DNA from: Nitrospirales bacterium
GTDB lineage: Bacteria > Nitrospirota > Nitrospiria > Nitrospirales > UBA8639
DNA length: 64,000 bases
Assembly (NCBI GenBank): GCA_040904705.1
Contig: JBBDSY010000092.1
Coordinates: 18,684 to 82,683, forward strand
Direction of reading: 5' to 3'
In this document: piece by piece, positions 30,612 to 40,622 of the stretch
How positions within the stretch are numbered: the stretch's first letter is position 1
How the letters are laid out: every line of letters starts with the position of its first letter
Translations under genes and position numbers: made by a program
The notes under the pieces: generated by a model
Databases searched by the model: none
Told to the model about the DNA's origin: nothing
The model's input: only the letters and a program-made list of their open reading frames with translations

Positions 30612-31025
30612 ATGCCACGAAGGATGAGGCGGGGACTGAGGGAGGGCGATCTGCGTGCGACGCTCCGATTCGAAAATACCGATTCGAACATGGGGCTAGC
30701 GCTTGCACATCGGGCGGACAATTCCGACGGCATTGCTGATTTCTGGAAGTTCTTTCCGACACCGATCGGCCTCGTCACGGATGACAGGGGAAATCAATAT
30801 TCCCTTTCGAAGCAGTCGCCTCTTGGATTCGCGCGGAACGCCAACGACTGGGTTGTTCTCAGGGGCGGAGAGATGGCGACGCACACATTCGTCTTCGAGG
30901 GCAGTTCATCAGGCGCGCCCGGCAGCACATTCACGGTCTCAATGGATCTGCGCGTTGTTACGGGCCCAAACGAGCGCCCCGACATCGCTCGGTGGAGCTT
31001 TGTGTTTACTGACGTGATTCCATGA
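30612..31025 (+). CDS. Hypothetical beta-rich protein (possible cassette ORF or fragment)
   Basis: GC-rich ORF upstream of an attC-like site; LVTDDRGNQY motif as in DUF4352-like folds. Confidence 0.45.
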   Translation: MPRRMRRGLREGDLRATLRFENTDSNMGLALAHRADNSDGIADFWKFFPTPIGLVTDDRGNQYSLSKQSPLGFARNANDWVVLRGGEMATHTFVFEGSSSGAPGSTFTVSMDLRVVTGPNERPDIARWSFVFTDVIP

Positions 31026-31094
31026 CCTCATGGTGCTGACCACGGACTCGCTTGAGCAGTTCGCGACGGCACTGGGCGCCGCGGCGTTGATGCA

Positions 31095-31191
31095 GCCTAA
31101 CAAGGGCGATGAGGCCGACCGAGAGCGCCCCCATCCGAGCTGTACCTGATTCTGTGCCCGCTTCCGGCGCCTTTTCGCTAGAGCGTTAGTG
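31095..31191 (+). other. Integron attC-like recombination site
   Basis: GCCTAAC (RYYYAAC)...GTTAGTG, with inner imperfect inverted repeats GGCGATGAGGCCGACCG / CGGCGCCTTTTCGCT. Confidence 0.6.
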
Positions 31192-31386
31192 TGCAAAATA
31201 TAAATCGAGGTTAAGTATGAAGGCAAACGCATCACGTCCAACATAGCGACATCAGCCCTCAACAAGGCTCCAAACCTTTACGTGGGATTTATTGGGCCTT
31301 GAACTGCTTTATGGATTACGGTTGGTTTAAACGTATGGCTCAGATGCAAAGATGGGCATACGGGTTACCCGATGAGGAGTATCTCC

Positions 31387-31457
31387 GCTTGAAGGTTCTG
31401 ACTTGTATGCTCAAGCCCATCTGAAAAACGGGCCATAATTACCCACTCACTTTGGAG
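31387..31457 (+). repeat. 71-bp direct repeat, copy 1
   Basis: 68/71 identical to 32820-32890. Confidence 0.92.
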
Positions 31458-31635
31458 CTGACCCAATTGTAGTATTGCTTTTATTCACGTAAAGGACTAT
31501 AAAACCGGAGGAATGGCAAATATCAATCGTTTTGGCAGGCAGACACCAAGATGATTCTGAAAGCGTATTCCATTCTCCAAGTTTCGTGTGTGCCAGGAAG
31601 TCCTTCTTTTAACCTTATCCCAAAGGAGTAGGATC

Positions 31636-32541
31636 ATGATCAAACTGACTGAGGTGGTAAGTGCTGCATGTATCGCTGGAATTGTGGCGTTGACCGTCCC
31701 TGCTTTCGCCCAAACAACTGTTACATCATTTGCCCCAAAATCTGATCCACCCCCGGTAGGTGTCTGGTACGAAGCCGACGTCCGTACTGGAGGAACAGCG
31801 AGCGTTTCCGATCTTACCGGTGTAGAAGGAGATCTTGAAAATAACCAACCCCTTCCGATTGGTGCAGCCAAGCTCACTACCGATCTTACCAACGAAGCCA
31901 AGGCCGAAGTCGCCATCATAAATAATTATGGCCAAGCTGACACAATTATTCCGACGCTTGAAATCGGATATTCATGGCACAAAGCAAGTAATGCGGGCCA
32001 AAATCTCAACGCGGCACCGTCCCTGAAACTCACGTTTTACAATCCTGTTTGTGACCAAACTACTAGTGAGGACTGCTTTGCCACATTAGTATATGAAGCA
32101 TACCAGAACGGATTTGGCAATGAGCCTCCTTTAGATGAATGGCAACGCTCGGATCTCAATCAGAATGTTGGCGGTTGGTGGACAACAGGGGGCTTCGGAG
32201 CTCCAGATGGAATGGGTGGTTGCGGGCCAACGCCTTGTCCAACTCTCCTTGAATGGCTGGATACCTTGAGTCTAGATTTCGGTCAAGCTGACCTCGTTGC
32301 GGTGAGTGTGGGAGTCGGAAGCTATAACCCCGGACAAATAGGTTACTTTGATAATGTGGTCATTACGGGAACCAATGCCGACGCATCCTACGATTTCGAG
32401 CCGGCTCCCCAGTTTGAAACACTCGGGCAGTGTACATCCTCCCTGATTGCCGACAATTGTACAGGGCTGACAGGTAAAGCACGTGCCACGTGTAATCACG
32501 AACAACAAATGGCGTGTTTTGATCTTTTTAATATCCAATAA
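31636..32541 (+). CDS. Secreted hypothetical protein (acidic, Cys-rich C-terminus)
   Basis: AAGGAG RBS, signal peptide ending PAFA-Q. Confidence 0.8.
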   Translation: MIKLTEVVSAACIAGIVALTVPAFAQTTVTSFAPKSDPPPVGVWYEADVRTGGTASVSDLTGVEGDLENNQPLPIGAAKLTTDLTNEAKAEVAIINNYGQADTIIPTLEIGYSWHKASNAGQNLNAAPSLKLTFYNPVCDQTTSEDCFATLVYEAYQNGFGNEPPLDEWQRSDLNQNVGGWWTTGGFGAPDGMGGCGPTPCPTLLEWLDTLSLDFGQADLVAVSVGVGSYNPGQIGYFDNVVITGTNADASYDFEPAPQFETLGQCTSSLIADNCTGLTGKARATCNHEQQMACFDLFNIQ

Positions 32542-32819
32542 CTGCAAAATAGGTAATTGTCCCATCGGTCCAACCGTCGCTGCCAGGGCGGTTGGGCCAG
32601 CGGGAATTTCAGCGATTCTCAAAAAAAATCTTCCTATCTGATACCCAATTGCTACGCCATGGGTCTGAGTCTCACGCTTCGTGGCATCATGAGGTCACCC
32701 ATTAGAATCCTCCGATCTAGCGGGCGCACCTTTCCTCTTGCGCTGAAAAAGTATATTCTGTGATTGGTCTTCCACACGACCGCTGGTCAACCCTGCTCAC
32801 TGCATCAGAATTTTGTTAG

Positions 32820-32890
32820 GCTTGAAGGTTCTGACTTGTATGCTCAAGCCCATCTGAAAAGCAGCCCATAATTACCCACTCACTTTGGAG
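32820..32890 (+). repeat. 71-bp direct repeat, copy 2
   Basis: 68/71 identical to 31387-31457. Confidence 0.92.
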
Positions 32891-33043
32891 ATGAGCCAGA
32901 AAAGAACTGAGTGGTTTTGGCCATAGCTGAGATTAGCGACACATCATGGGAATAGTCGGCAACAGACTGACATGGTCGTATCCACCTGTCTTGGAATAGT
33001 AAAGGAGGCTGGCACCCTTGAGCCTTCACCAGATTCCAGAGGC

Positions 33044-33463
33044 TTAAGCAAAGAGTCGGAGACATTTATATTTCAAGATGACATTGGAAATAGGCTTCGT
33101 CAGATAATCCCTGGCTCCTGCTTCGATCGCCTTGATCATGGCTGTTCGAGTCGGGTCGGCAGACATCACAATGACTGGAATATCATTGGCTTGTTTCTGC
33201 AGATGGCTCAACATCGTCAACCCGTCCATGACTGACATTTCAAGATCCAGCAATACTCCATGAAAAACCTGTTCTTGGAGGAGACGCATTCCTTCTTGGC
33301 CATTTGTGGCTGTCGACACCACAAATCCAAGTCGTTCCAGGCGGTCTGTCAAATAGAGGAGAACTGTCTCATGATCGTCCACGATCAGTATTCGTTTTCC
33401 TAGCCCTGCATGAACGTGGCCTTCTTGACGAGGTTGAGAAAAATCTGGGGAGATATTCATCAT
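33044..33463 (-). CDS. Single-domain response regulator (CheY-like)
   Basis: ILIVDD, LLDLEM, IVMSA, DYLTKP. Confidence 0.9.
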   Translation of the reverse strand: MMNISPDFSQPRQEGHVHAGLGKRILIVDDHETVLLYLTDRLERLGFVVSTATNGQEGMRLLQEQVFHGVLLDLEMSVMDGLTMLSHLQKQANDIPVIVMSADPTRTAMIKAIEAGARDYLTKPISNVILKYKCLRLFA

Positions 33464-33717
33464 TTCATCATATCGAGTTTGACAGGCAAGGCCGCAAGAA
33501 AAAAGAGCAAAACCTTAGACGGAATAGGTATCGTCCAGCTCGGACGAGTCTTTCGTGAAACGTATGAAGCTGAAGAATGAATTGAAATACCCATGTGAGG
33601 GGTATGCTGCTTTGCTCAGTCACTGATCATGTCTTAAGGCGTTTGCCGGTCTTGATTGTTGGAGTTCGGTTTCTTATGAAACGTTGCGCACATTTGATCG
33701 GACGATGACCTACAGTA

Positions 33718-34356
33718 TTAAGCGCATGTCGAGAAATCCCACGGTTCTCTTGCCTGCACCCGGGCCTTTTCTGAAAGGTTGCGACTCCACAATCCAAGGG
33801 CCGCAATGCCGCCGGCCACGATCATCAGGGGTAAAAGATATAACAGGAGGTGCTGAGTCATGGTCCGTCCCTCCACCCTGGCGAAGAACAATGGTTTGGA
33901 TTCGAGTGTGAGGTATGAGTCGGTTTCCGGACCCCATAAGTCTGAAAGGGCGGTCTTAATGGCCTTTCTCCAGGCATTTTCCAGTGCGGGATTCCACGTT
34001 TCTTCTGCGAGCTCAGAGACGTGGCCCAGAAAGGTTTCGGCCACCCTGATCACCTCTGTTGGTTGTAAGGTCGCCATGACGGGGGTTGCCGGTTCCAGCC
34101 AGAAATTATGGATTGGAGTGATCACCTCCCCATAGGAGCGAATTTCTCTAATCGCGGTCTCCAGGGACTGGATCAGGTTCATGCTGAATGAGCAGGGACC
34201 AATGAATTGCAGATACGAATTGATCGCAGGAAGGTCACGCACAAGCTGATGATACAAGACATTTGCAAAATGCTCTTGCTGATCCTTGATCATTCGCAAT
34301 CCGTTTTCGAGAATGTGAATATCGGTCATTGAAAAATCATTGAGACGGTGTGGCAT
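33718..34356 (-). CDS. Globin-like domain protein with C-terminal TM helix
   Basis: FANVLYHQL...P and WNPALENAWRKA resemble globin B/H helices; hydrophobic C-terminal segment. Confidence 0.55.
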   Translation of the reverse strand: MPHRLNDFSMTDIHILENGLRMIKDQQEHFANVLYHQLVRDLPAINSYLQFIGPCSFSMNLIQSLETAIREIRSYGEVITPIHNFWLEPATPVMATLQPTEVIRVAETFLGHVSELAEETWNPALENAWRKAIKTALSDLWGPETDSYLTLESKPLFFARVEGRTMTQHLLLYLLPLMIVAGGIAALGLWSRNLSEKARVQAREPWDFSTCA

Positions 34357-35052
34357 ATCGTCAATCTTTCTGTGGATACTGTGTGGTGGCTCACTGTTTT
34401 CTCAGTATACACCCTTGTGTCGAAGGGATGGCAAAGGGAGGTTTGGAAACTTTTGACACACCTGGGAATTTCTACCAGCAACACAAATGTTAGAAATTTC
34501 TCATCCATTCCCTAACAAACCTATGCATGGGCATAGTACGAATCCGGCCCTGACGGTATCCGATATGTTCATAGCCGTTAAAAAATTTCATCGCTCTCTT
34601 TTGGGTGCGCTAGCGACCACGGGAAGATGTACACCACTCACCAGGACGTGAGTATCCAACAGCAAGAATTGATCACGTTGGTATTTTTGCTACGAGCGAA
34701 GGCTTTATGCCCCTATGACGTAACGTAGAGGCTCTTCCTGGATTTCAATCCAAGTGCCGCAATCGTCGGTGCTAGAGATCAGATGGAGTCAATTGCGGTG
34801 AGTCAGAGGTGCCCGAATGTGTTGGCGTCTTGGCGACTCAATCCGACGAGTGAACGGTGCGTACTGGGGGAGGAATGAGGCACCCTTGGTTTTGGCAAGC
34901 TCTACGAGGGGCGACGTTTCATCGGCATGCTTTGAGGCACAGCACAGTCGAAAGTATGGTCATTAAAAAATCTCTTTTTTCTTACTCTTGAGAGACCAAC
35001 GCCGACTATCGTTTTCTAAGGTAGGGTGCAGAGGAACCCACTCGCCTCACCT

Positions 35053-35523
35053 TTACCACGTGAACCGGAAAAATCCCCCATTATAGTCGGGGGAAATATT
35101 TGATGGGGATAGGAGAAGAGGTTGGTTCTGCTCACGATTTAAAGATTTCGATAATATTTCCGGTGGTACAACCGATTGGAGCGCTTGAAAGCTGTGCATT
35201 TCGACACCAAATTCTATGCCGGGGAGTTTTCCCGGAGATTTGAGGGAAATGCCCGAACCACTGGATGATCTTTCCCGGCTTTGTGAAAAATTATAATGGG
35301 AAAGCGGTGTATCAAACAAACGGTTTTCCCATTCTCCCCGTTTTGATCCATCCCACAACTGGCCGCTCCGCACAGGAGGTGGAGGGAGCGGTGCCCCGAT
35401 AAGCGACTCATCGCCATCGGCCTGAACAGGTTCAGACGTTAAAGCCCAAGCCCCACCAACATTCAGGATGATCAACCACGTTACCAAGGCACAGGGAAGT
35501 GTAAGGAGCCAATTTTTCATCAT
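35053..35523 (-). CDS. Hypothetical exported protein
   Basis: Signal peptide-like MMKNWLL...GAWA; C-terminal GFFRFTW; start uncertain. Confidence 0.6.
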   Translation of the reverse strand: MMKNWLLTLPCALVTWLIILNVGGAWALTSEPVQADGDESLIGAPLPPPPVRSGQLWDGSKRGEWENRLFDTPLSHYNFSQSRERSSSGSGISLKSPGKLPGIEFGVEMHSFQALQSVVPPEILSKSLNREQNQPLLLSPSNISPDYNGGFFRFTW

Positions 35524-35989
35524 GAGTAGTATACCACGTGATTTTTCATTTTTTCCAATTCTGGAAATCAGAGCCGTCGAGAATACATACTCACGGAGGT
35601 TTTCATGAGGATACCTGAGCGTCGCTATCTCATATGGCTCCAATCCTGCTCAGATCTGCTAGATAATCCCGAATGGGGGACTCTGTGCTTCAACAGGAAC
35701 GATAACGGCCGGGAATGCCTATTCGGAATCTCCTGTATCCGGAGAACCTTCAAGTCTTTTCACCACCGGGATGCGGGGCTTTTTCTTCCTCTGGCCGTCA
35801 AGGGATACGAAAATCGTCAATACGTGATATCTGTGGACCATTTCTATGAAGGAAATTCATATACTACTAACCTTCTTGATAAATGGACTAAATGGATAAT
35901 ACGTCTCCCCACAGTATCCTCAGATGATATGCGGGTGTCATTGCAGCAGCTCACGTAATAGTGTTGCCTCAACGAGATACATGAGCTGC

Positions 35990-36314
35990 GCATACACAGT
36001 TTCCCATGAAACTCACTGACGGAATGTCCACGGCAAAGCCGGTACTCTCGACGTATGAAGGAGACATTCCAAGCATTGTTGGGGACACAGCCTATCTAGT
36101 AAAATCTGATTCTCCAGAGGCAATCGTGCATACGATTACCACTATCTTACGAAATCCCCATGAAGCATCCGCTAAGGGGCAGGCAGCACGCCTCCGCTGC
36201 ATTAAGCATTTTAGCTTTGACAAAATTGGTGAAACTCTTATACATATTCTTGAGAACCAATGCGATCACATTAAGGAACAAGGAACTTTTAATCGGGTGT
36301 CAAATTTTGGGTAG
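35990..36314 (+). pseudogene. Glycosyltransferase family 4 C-terminal fragment
   Basis: FPMKLTDGMSTAKPVLST.GDIPSIV matches the GT4 PxKxxExMxxGxPV motif; N-terminus absent. Confidence 0.65.
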
Positions 36315-36339
36315 AGCTAAGACTAGATACGGAGGTTTG

Positions 36340-36991
36340 AATAACGAGCAACTCGTGCATATCGACGCGGGCTATGAAATGCCTGAACTGATTGAGGATC
36401 GTGATCGGATCTGTCGCGAATGGCGATTCCGCCTGGTGGTCGGACAGAACCGAGCAGCCCTGGAGCACGGGATGAACCACACCGTAGGGCGGGTGGCCTG
36501 TTGCACGGCCCTCAAGATCGAGGCAATGAATCAGGTCATTGCCGAGCAGGGCTATTCTGCTATTATTCCTCATTTTGATCGGATGATGAAGGGACAAGAG
36601 CGAAAGAGCGCTATTTCTCGCCACGCAATAAGCAAGGAGAATGGGATTTTCGTGAACAACATCCGGTAGCTGTGGGATTGTTTACACGCGTCCTATCCTC
36701 CAGGGGAACTGGTTCGAATCCATCCCCTTCTGGACTGGACAGAAGGTAAATATCTGGAAATATCTACAGGTAGAGCAGATCTCACTTCCCGATATGAATT
36801 TTGATAAGGGAGCTGGCGCATGCTTTGGTAGCCTCGGATGCGTACCTCGCGCAAACTTCCTGAGGTCTTCTGCAAAGACAGTGAGTGAAATTCCCATAGA
36901 ACTTCGAAACCCAAAGATCGCGGAGCGTTCCGGTCGTGCTCAGGACGAAGGACGAGGCATGGAGGAACATCGAACACTTGGACATATGTGA
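36340..36991 (+). pseudogene. cysD: Sulfate adenylyltransferase subunit 2, frameshifted fragment
   Basis: HIDAGYEMPELIE.RD, CCTALK, RIHPLLDWTE, SLGC.P and AERSGRAQD spread over several frames. Confidence 0.8.
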
Positions 36992-37078
36992 TACTCGAAA
37001 AGAAGGAAACACAGAATCTCCAACACCCCGCTATAGACAGGCTTTAAAAGGAGCATTTCTTATGAGTCAACGAAGTCG

Positions 37079-37579
37079 ATGAATACTGAATCTGCCAATT
37101 CCATTCCACTCGTAGCGATTATCATGGGAAGCAAAAGTGATTGGGAGACTATGCGTCCCGCGAGTACGATCCTTACTGAACTAGCCGTTCCCCATGAGTG
37201 CCGTATTGTGTCAGCCCATCGCACACCGGACTTTCTCTTTGAGTATGTCGGATCGGCTAAAAGCCGGGGTATTCACGTGCTCATTGCCGGCGCGGGCGGG
37301 GCGGCGCATTTGCCGGGCATGGCCGCGGCAAAAACGATTCTTCCTGTTCTCGGAGTGCCGGTGCGATCTCGGGCGCTGCAGGGTTTTGATTCGCTCTTGT
37401 CAATTGTCCAAATGCCAAAAGGCATTCCGGTGGCGACCCACGCGATTGGCGAGGATGGCGCTGTGAATGCCGCATTGCAGGCCGCGTCCATTCTTGCCTT
37501 GTCCGATCACGACCTCCGCCAACGCCTTAAGGCTTACTATGAGCGACAACACACCCCTGCTCTGGAGGAACCCACATGA
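37079..37579 (+). CDS. purE: N5-carboxyaminoimidazole ribonucleotide mutase
   Basis: [36 protein letters not shown]. Confidence 0.97.
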   Translation: MNTESANSIPLVAIIMGSKSDWETMRPASTILTELAVPHECRIVSAHRTPDFLFEYVGSAKSRGIHVLIAGAGGAAHLPGMAAAKTILPVLGVPVRSRALQGFDSLLSIVQMPKGIPVATHAIGEDGAVNAALQAASILALSDHDLRQRLKAYYERQHTPALEEPT

Positions 37580-38913
37580 ATATCATCCTTCCGGGTGGAA
37601 CGATCGGCATATTGGGCGGTGGCCAACTTGGCCGCATGCTGGCCATGGAAGGTCGCCGGATGGGTTATCGTATTGGCGTGTTAGATCCCGTTGAGAATTG
37701 TCCGGCCGCCCAGGTTGCCGATTTTCATGTTCTATCAGAACTGACCCACACTCAACGCATATTGGACTTTGTCGCGCAAGTTGACGTGGTGACGATTGAG
37801 ACCGAACTGGTGCCCTGGAGTCTTCTTGCCGACATCGAGACCCGTCAGGCCACTCGCCCATCATCGACGGTTCTGGCTCTGGTTCAAGACCGCTTGGTTC
37901 AACGGAAATTTCTTCATGATCACAATTTGCCACAAACACGCTTTGCCTCGGTCAAGGATCAGGCGAGCTTAGCTACTGCCGCCCAAGAAGTCTCTTTCCC
38001 CTCTATTTTAAAGAAGCGCCGATCAGGGTATGACGGCAAGGGACAAATCCGAGTGGCCAGCATAGATCACCTGAATGAAGCCTGGCGAGAATTAGGGGAA
38101 GTCCCATCTGTCCTGGAAGCCGTCGCCCCATTCAAAATGGAACTATCGGTGATACTCGCCCGTAGTCTGCACGGAGATATTCAACTGTATCCCATTGCTG
38201 AGAATGCCCATCGACAGAACATTCTGCATACCACACGCGTGCCGGCCCGGGTGACTGACAGGGTCCGGTTACGCGCGGAAGAGCTTGCCGTTTCTCTTGG
38301 AGAGGCTCTGGGCTACTGCGGGGTCATGGCCGTGGAATTGTTTCTCCTTGAGGACGATACCTTGTTGATCAATGAGGTCGCTCCACGTCCTCATAACAGT
38401 GGGCACTTCACATACGGCGCCTGCGTGACATCCCAATTCGAACAACATCTCCGTGCCATTTGCGGGTTGCCCCTGGGGGATTCCTCCCTCATGCGTCCTG
38501 TTGTGATGGTAAATTTGCTTGGAGATCTGTGGCAGAACGGGCCCCCACGATGGGATCGCCTCCTGGCACATCCTCAAGTCAGACTCCATCTCTACGGAAA
38601 AACTCAACCTGCGCCACGACGAAAAATGGGTCATTTTCTCCTACTGGCGGAAAATTTAGGACGTGCTGTTGATCAGGCAGATATCTTTCTGCATAATCTC
38701 ACGCCAGATCATCGTACCGGAGGGGATCTTCTCCCGGAGAATATCCCCGGCGATGTCTTTCAATCGCCGCCTCGGGCTCAAAAAGAAGGCGGAGCCTTAA
38801 ACGTGCCAGGACCGGATGGCCAAGCGGGAATGTCCTCAATGTCTTTATCGACAGGCTCTTTACTCAAATCCCTCCACGATCATCCAGGCCCTCTCCTGGA
38901 GGCCAAGCTATGA
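37576..38913 (+). CDS. purK: N5-carboxyaminoimidazole ribonucleotide synthase, with C-terminal extension
   Basis: [38 protein letters not shown]. Confidence 0.96.
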   Translation: MNIILPGGTIGILGGGQLGRMLAMEGRRMGYRIGVLDPVENCPAAQVADFHVLSELTHTQRILDFVAQVDVVTIETELVPWSLLADIETRQATRPSSTVLALVQDRLVQRKFLHDHNLPQTRFASVKDQASLATAAQEVSFPSILKKRRSGYDGKGQIRVASIDHLNEAWRELGEVPSVLEAVAPFKMELSVILARSLHGDIQLYPIAENAHRQNILHTTRVPARVTDRVRLRAEELAVSLGEALGYCGVMAVELFLLEDDTLLINEVAPRPHNSGHFTYGACVTSQFEQHLRAICGLPLGDSSLMRPVVMVNLLGDLWQNGPPRWDRLLAHPQVRLHLYGKTQPAPRRKMGHFLLLAENLGRAVDQADIFLHNLTPDHRTGGDLLPENIPGDVFQSPPRAQKEGGALNVPGPDGQAGMSSMSLSTGSLLKSLHDHPGPLLEAKL

Positions 38914-40622
38914 CGACGTTTGTTGCGGTTCTCGTCCCCCTGTTGCCGCTGCTCTCTAGCCTCATCATCGGCCTCTTCGGAAAACAATTGGGAGAAAAGA
39001 GTTACAAAGTTGGCGTTCCTGCGCTCGTGATGGCCTTTCTCGGAGCACTCTGGATGCTCTATGCGGTCAGTGTGGGTGGACCGGTTCGCATCGCCTTTCA
39101 ACCCCTCTTCTCTGAGACCACAGACTGGCTTCATTTCGGTCTGTTCATCGATCGTCTGAGTGCCGTCATGATGGTGCTCATTACGGGCGTCAGTGTCATT
39201 ATCCATCTCTTTTCCATCAACTATCTACAAGGTGAACGAGGGTATGCCAGATTTTATGTGCTTCTGGGTCTGATGACCTTCGTGATTCTCTGTTTGGTGG
39301 CTAGTGCGAACTTGTTTATGTTGTTTGTGTGCTGGCAGCTTGTGAGTTGGGTGCTCTACCTCTTGCTCGCCTATAATTATACGCATCCACCTGCCGTCAA
39401 TTCTGCCTTTAAGACGTTGATCGTCCATCGAGTGGGAGATGTGGCATTTCTGGCCGGGATTCTCCTGACCTATCATCTCTTCGGGACCCTGGAATTTTCC
39501 GAACTGTTCGCCCGCGCCGCGGAGTCCCCGTCGCTGATTCCCCTTTGGCCGGGAGGCCAACCCATGGTCAGCGGTGTCACCGTGATTACGCTGTTGCTGT
39601 TTGTTGGGGCGATGGCCAAGTCCGCTCAATTTCCCCTGCACGTCTGGCTGCCGGATACGATGGACACGCCGACTCCCGTGTCCGCACTGATGCATGCCGG
39701 CATCGTCAATGCAGGAGGATTCTTACTGAACCGTCTTGCTCCGTTGTATGGACTGTCTCCCACCACATTGCATGTGGTCTTCGTCGTAGGCGCGTTAACG
39801 GTTATCTTGGGAGCCACCATGATGCTGCTTCAAAACGACATCAAAAAAACATTGGGATTTTCGACCATGGCCCAAATGGGTTATATGATTATGGAATGTG
39901 GATTAGGAGCGTTTGCGCTGGCTATTTTTCATCTCATGGCCCATGGCGTGTTTAAAGCCACATTATTTTTGAATGCGGGGCATGTGATTCAGGCGTCGCG
40001 ACACGAACCCAAGAGGCCGATGATCAACCGCGGAGGAGAAATCCGGCCTTTTTCCCCCCTCACCTGGGGCATCGGTCTCGGTGTCACATTGGTTTTACCG
40101 TTGGTCATTCTTTTGGCCGCTCATGGAATTTTAAAAATTCCTTTGCGAGACGCACAAGGAGCCGTCATCTTTTTGTTTTTCGCCTGGGTCACCGCCTCTC
40201 AAGCGATGTTCAGTTTGTATCAGCTTTATGCCACGTCCTTGAAGGTGGTCGGGCTCATGTTGCTCGCGTTATTGCTGATCATCTTCACCTATTTATGGGG
40301 AGCAGAAACGTTCACCTACTTTTTGTATCCAGAACCGGGAGTCACCCACCACTATTTTCAAGTGGCAGCTCTTGATAGTCGGTTATTCGATGCCTTGGTG
40401 ATCGTCGTTACCGCAATGGTTGTCTTGGGCTGGACCGTTCTCTATACCAATGCCCGTGGACAAAGAATTCTCCTCCCAGCCTGGGTTTCCACTCTGAGAC
40501 CTCAATTCTACGTCTTATTCATGAATCGACTCTATGTCGACCAGCTCTACAACAAGGTGGGACAGGGGATCATTCGTTTCGCGAAACGCCTCGACTATAG
40601 CGTTGGAGGAAAGAGGCTGTGA
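38910..40622 (+). CDS. dabB: DAB inorganic carbon pump membrane subunit (NuoL/ND5-like)
   Basis: DRLSAVM, AKSAQFPLHVWLP, PTPVSALMHAG, HGVFKATLFL; in an operon with a DUF2309 gene and without other nuo genes. Confidence 0.88.
   Translation: MTTFVAVLVPLLPLLSSLIIGLFGKQLGEKSYKVGVPALVMAFLGALWMLYAVSVGGPVRIAFQPLFSETTDWLHFGLFIDRLSAVMMVLITGVSVIIHLFSINYLQGERGYARFYVLLGLMTFVILCLVASANLFMLFVCWQLVSWVLYLLLAYNYTHPPAVNSAFKTLIVHRVGDVAFLAGILLTYHLFGTLEFSELFARAAESPSLIPLWPGGQPMVSGVTVITLLLFVGAMAKSAQFPLHVWLPDTMDTPTPVSALMHAGIVNAGGFLLNRLAPLYGLSPTTLHVVFVVGALTVILGATMMLLQNDIKKTLGFSTMAQMGYMIMECGLGAFALAIFHLMAHGVFKATLFLNAGHVIQASRHEPKRPMINRGGEIRPFSPLTWGIGLGVTLVLPLVILLAAHGILKIPLRDAQGAVIFLFFAWVTASQAMFSLYQLYATSLKVVGLMLLALLLIIFTYLWGAETFTYFLYPEPGVTHHYFQVAALDSRLFDALVIVVTAMVVLGWTVLYTNARGQRILLPAWVSTLRPQFYVLFMNRLYVDQLYNKVGQGIIRFAKRLDYSVGGKRL

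Noticed and set aside
34478-34528. Possible fourth LysR box upstream of the globin-like gene
   Set aside because: Shares only ACAAAT and AT-richness; dyad spacing does not match boxes A-C.
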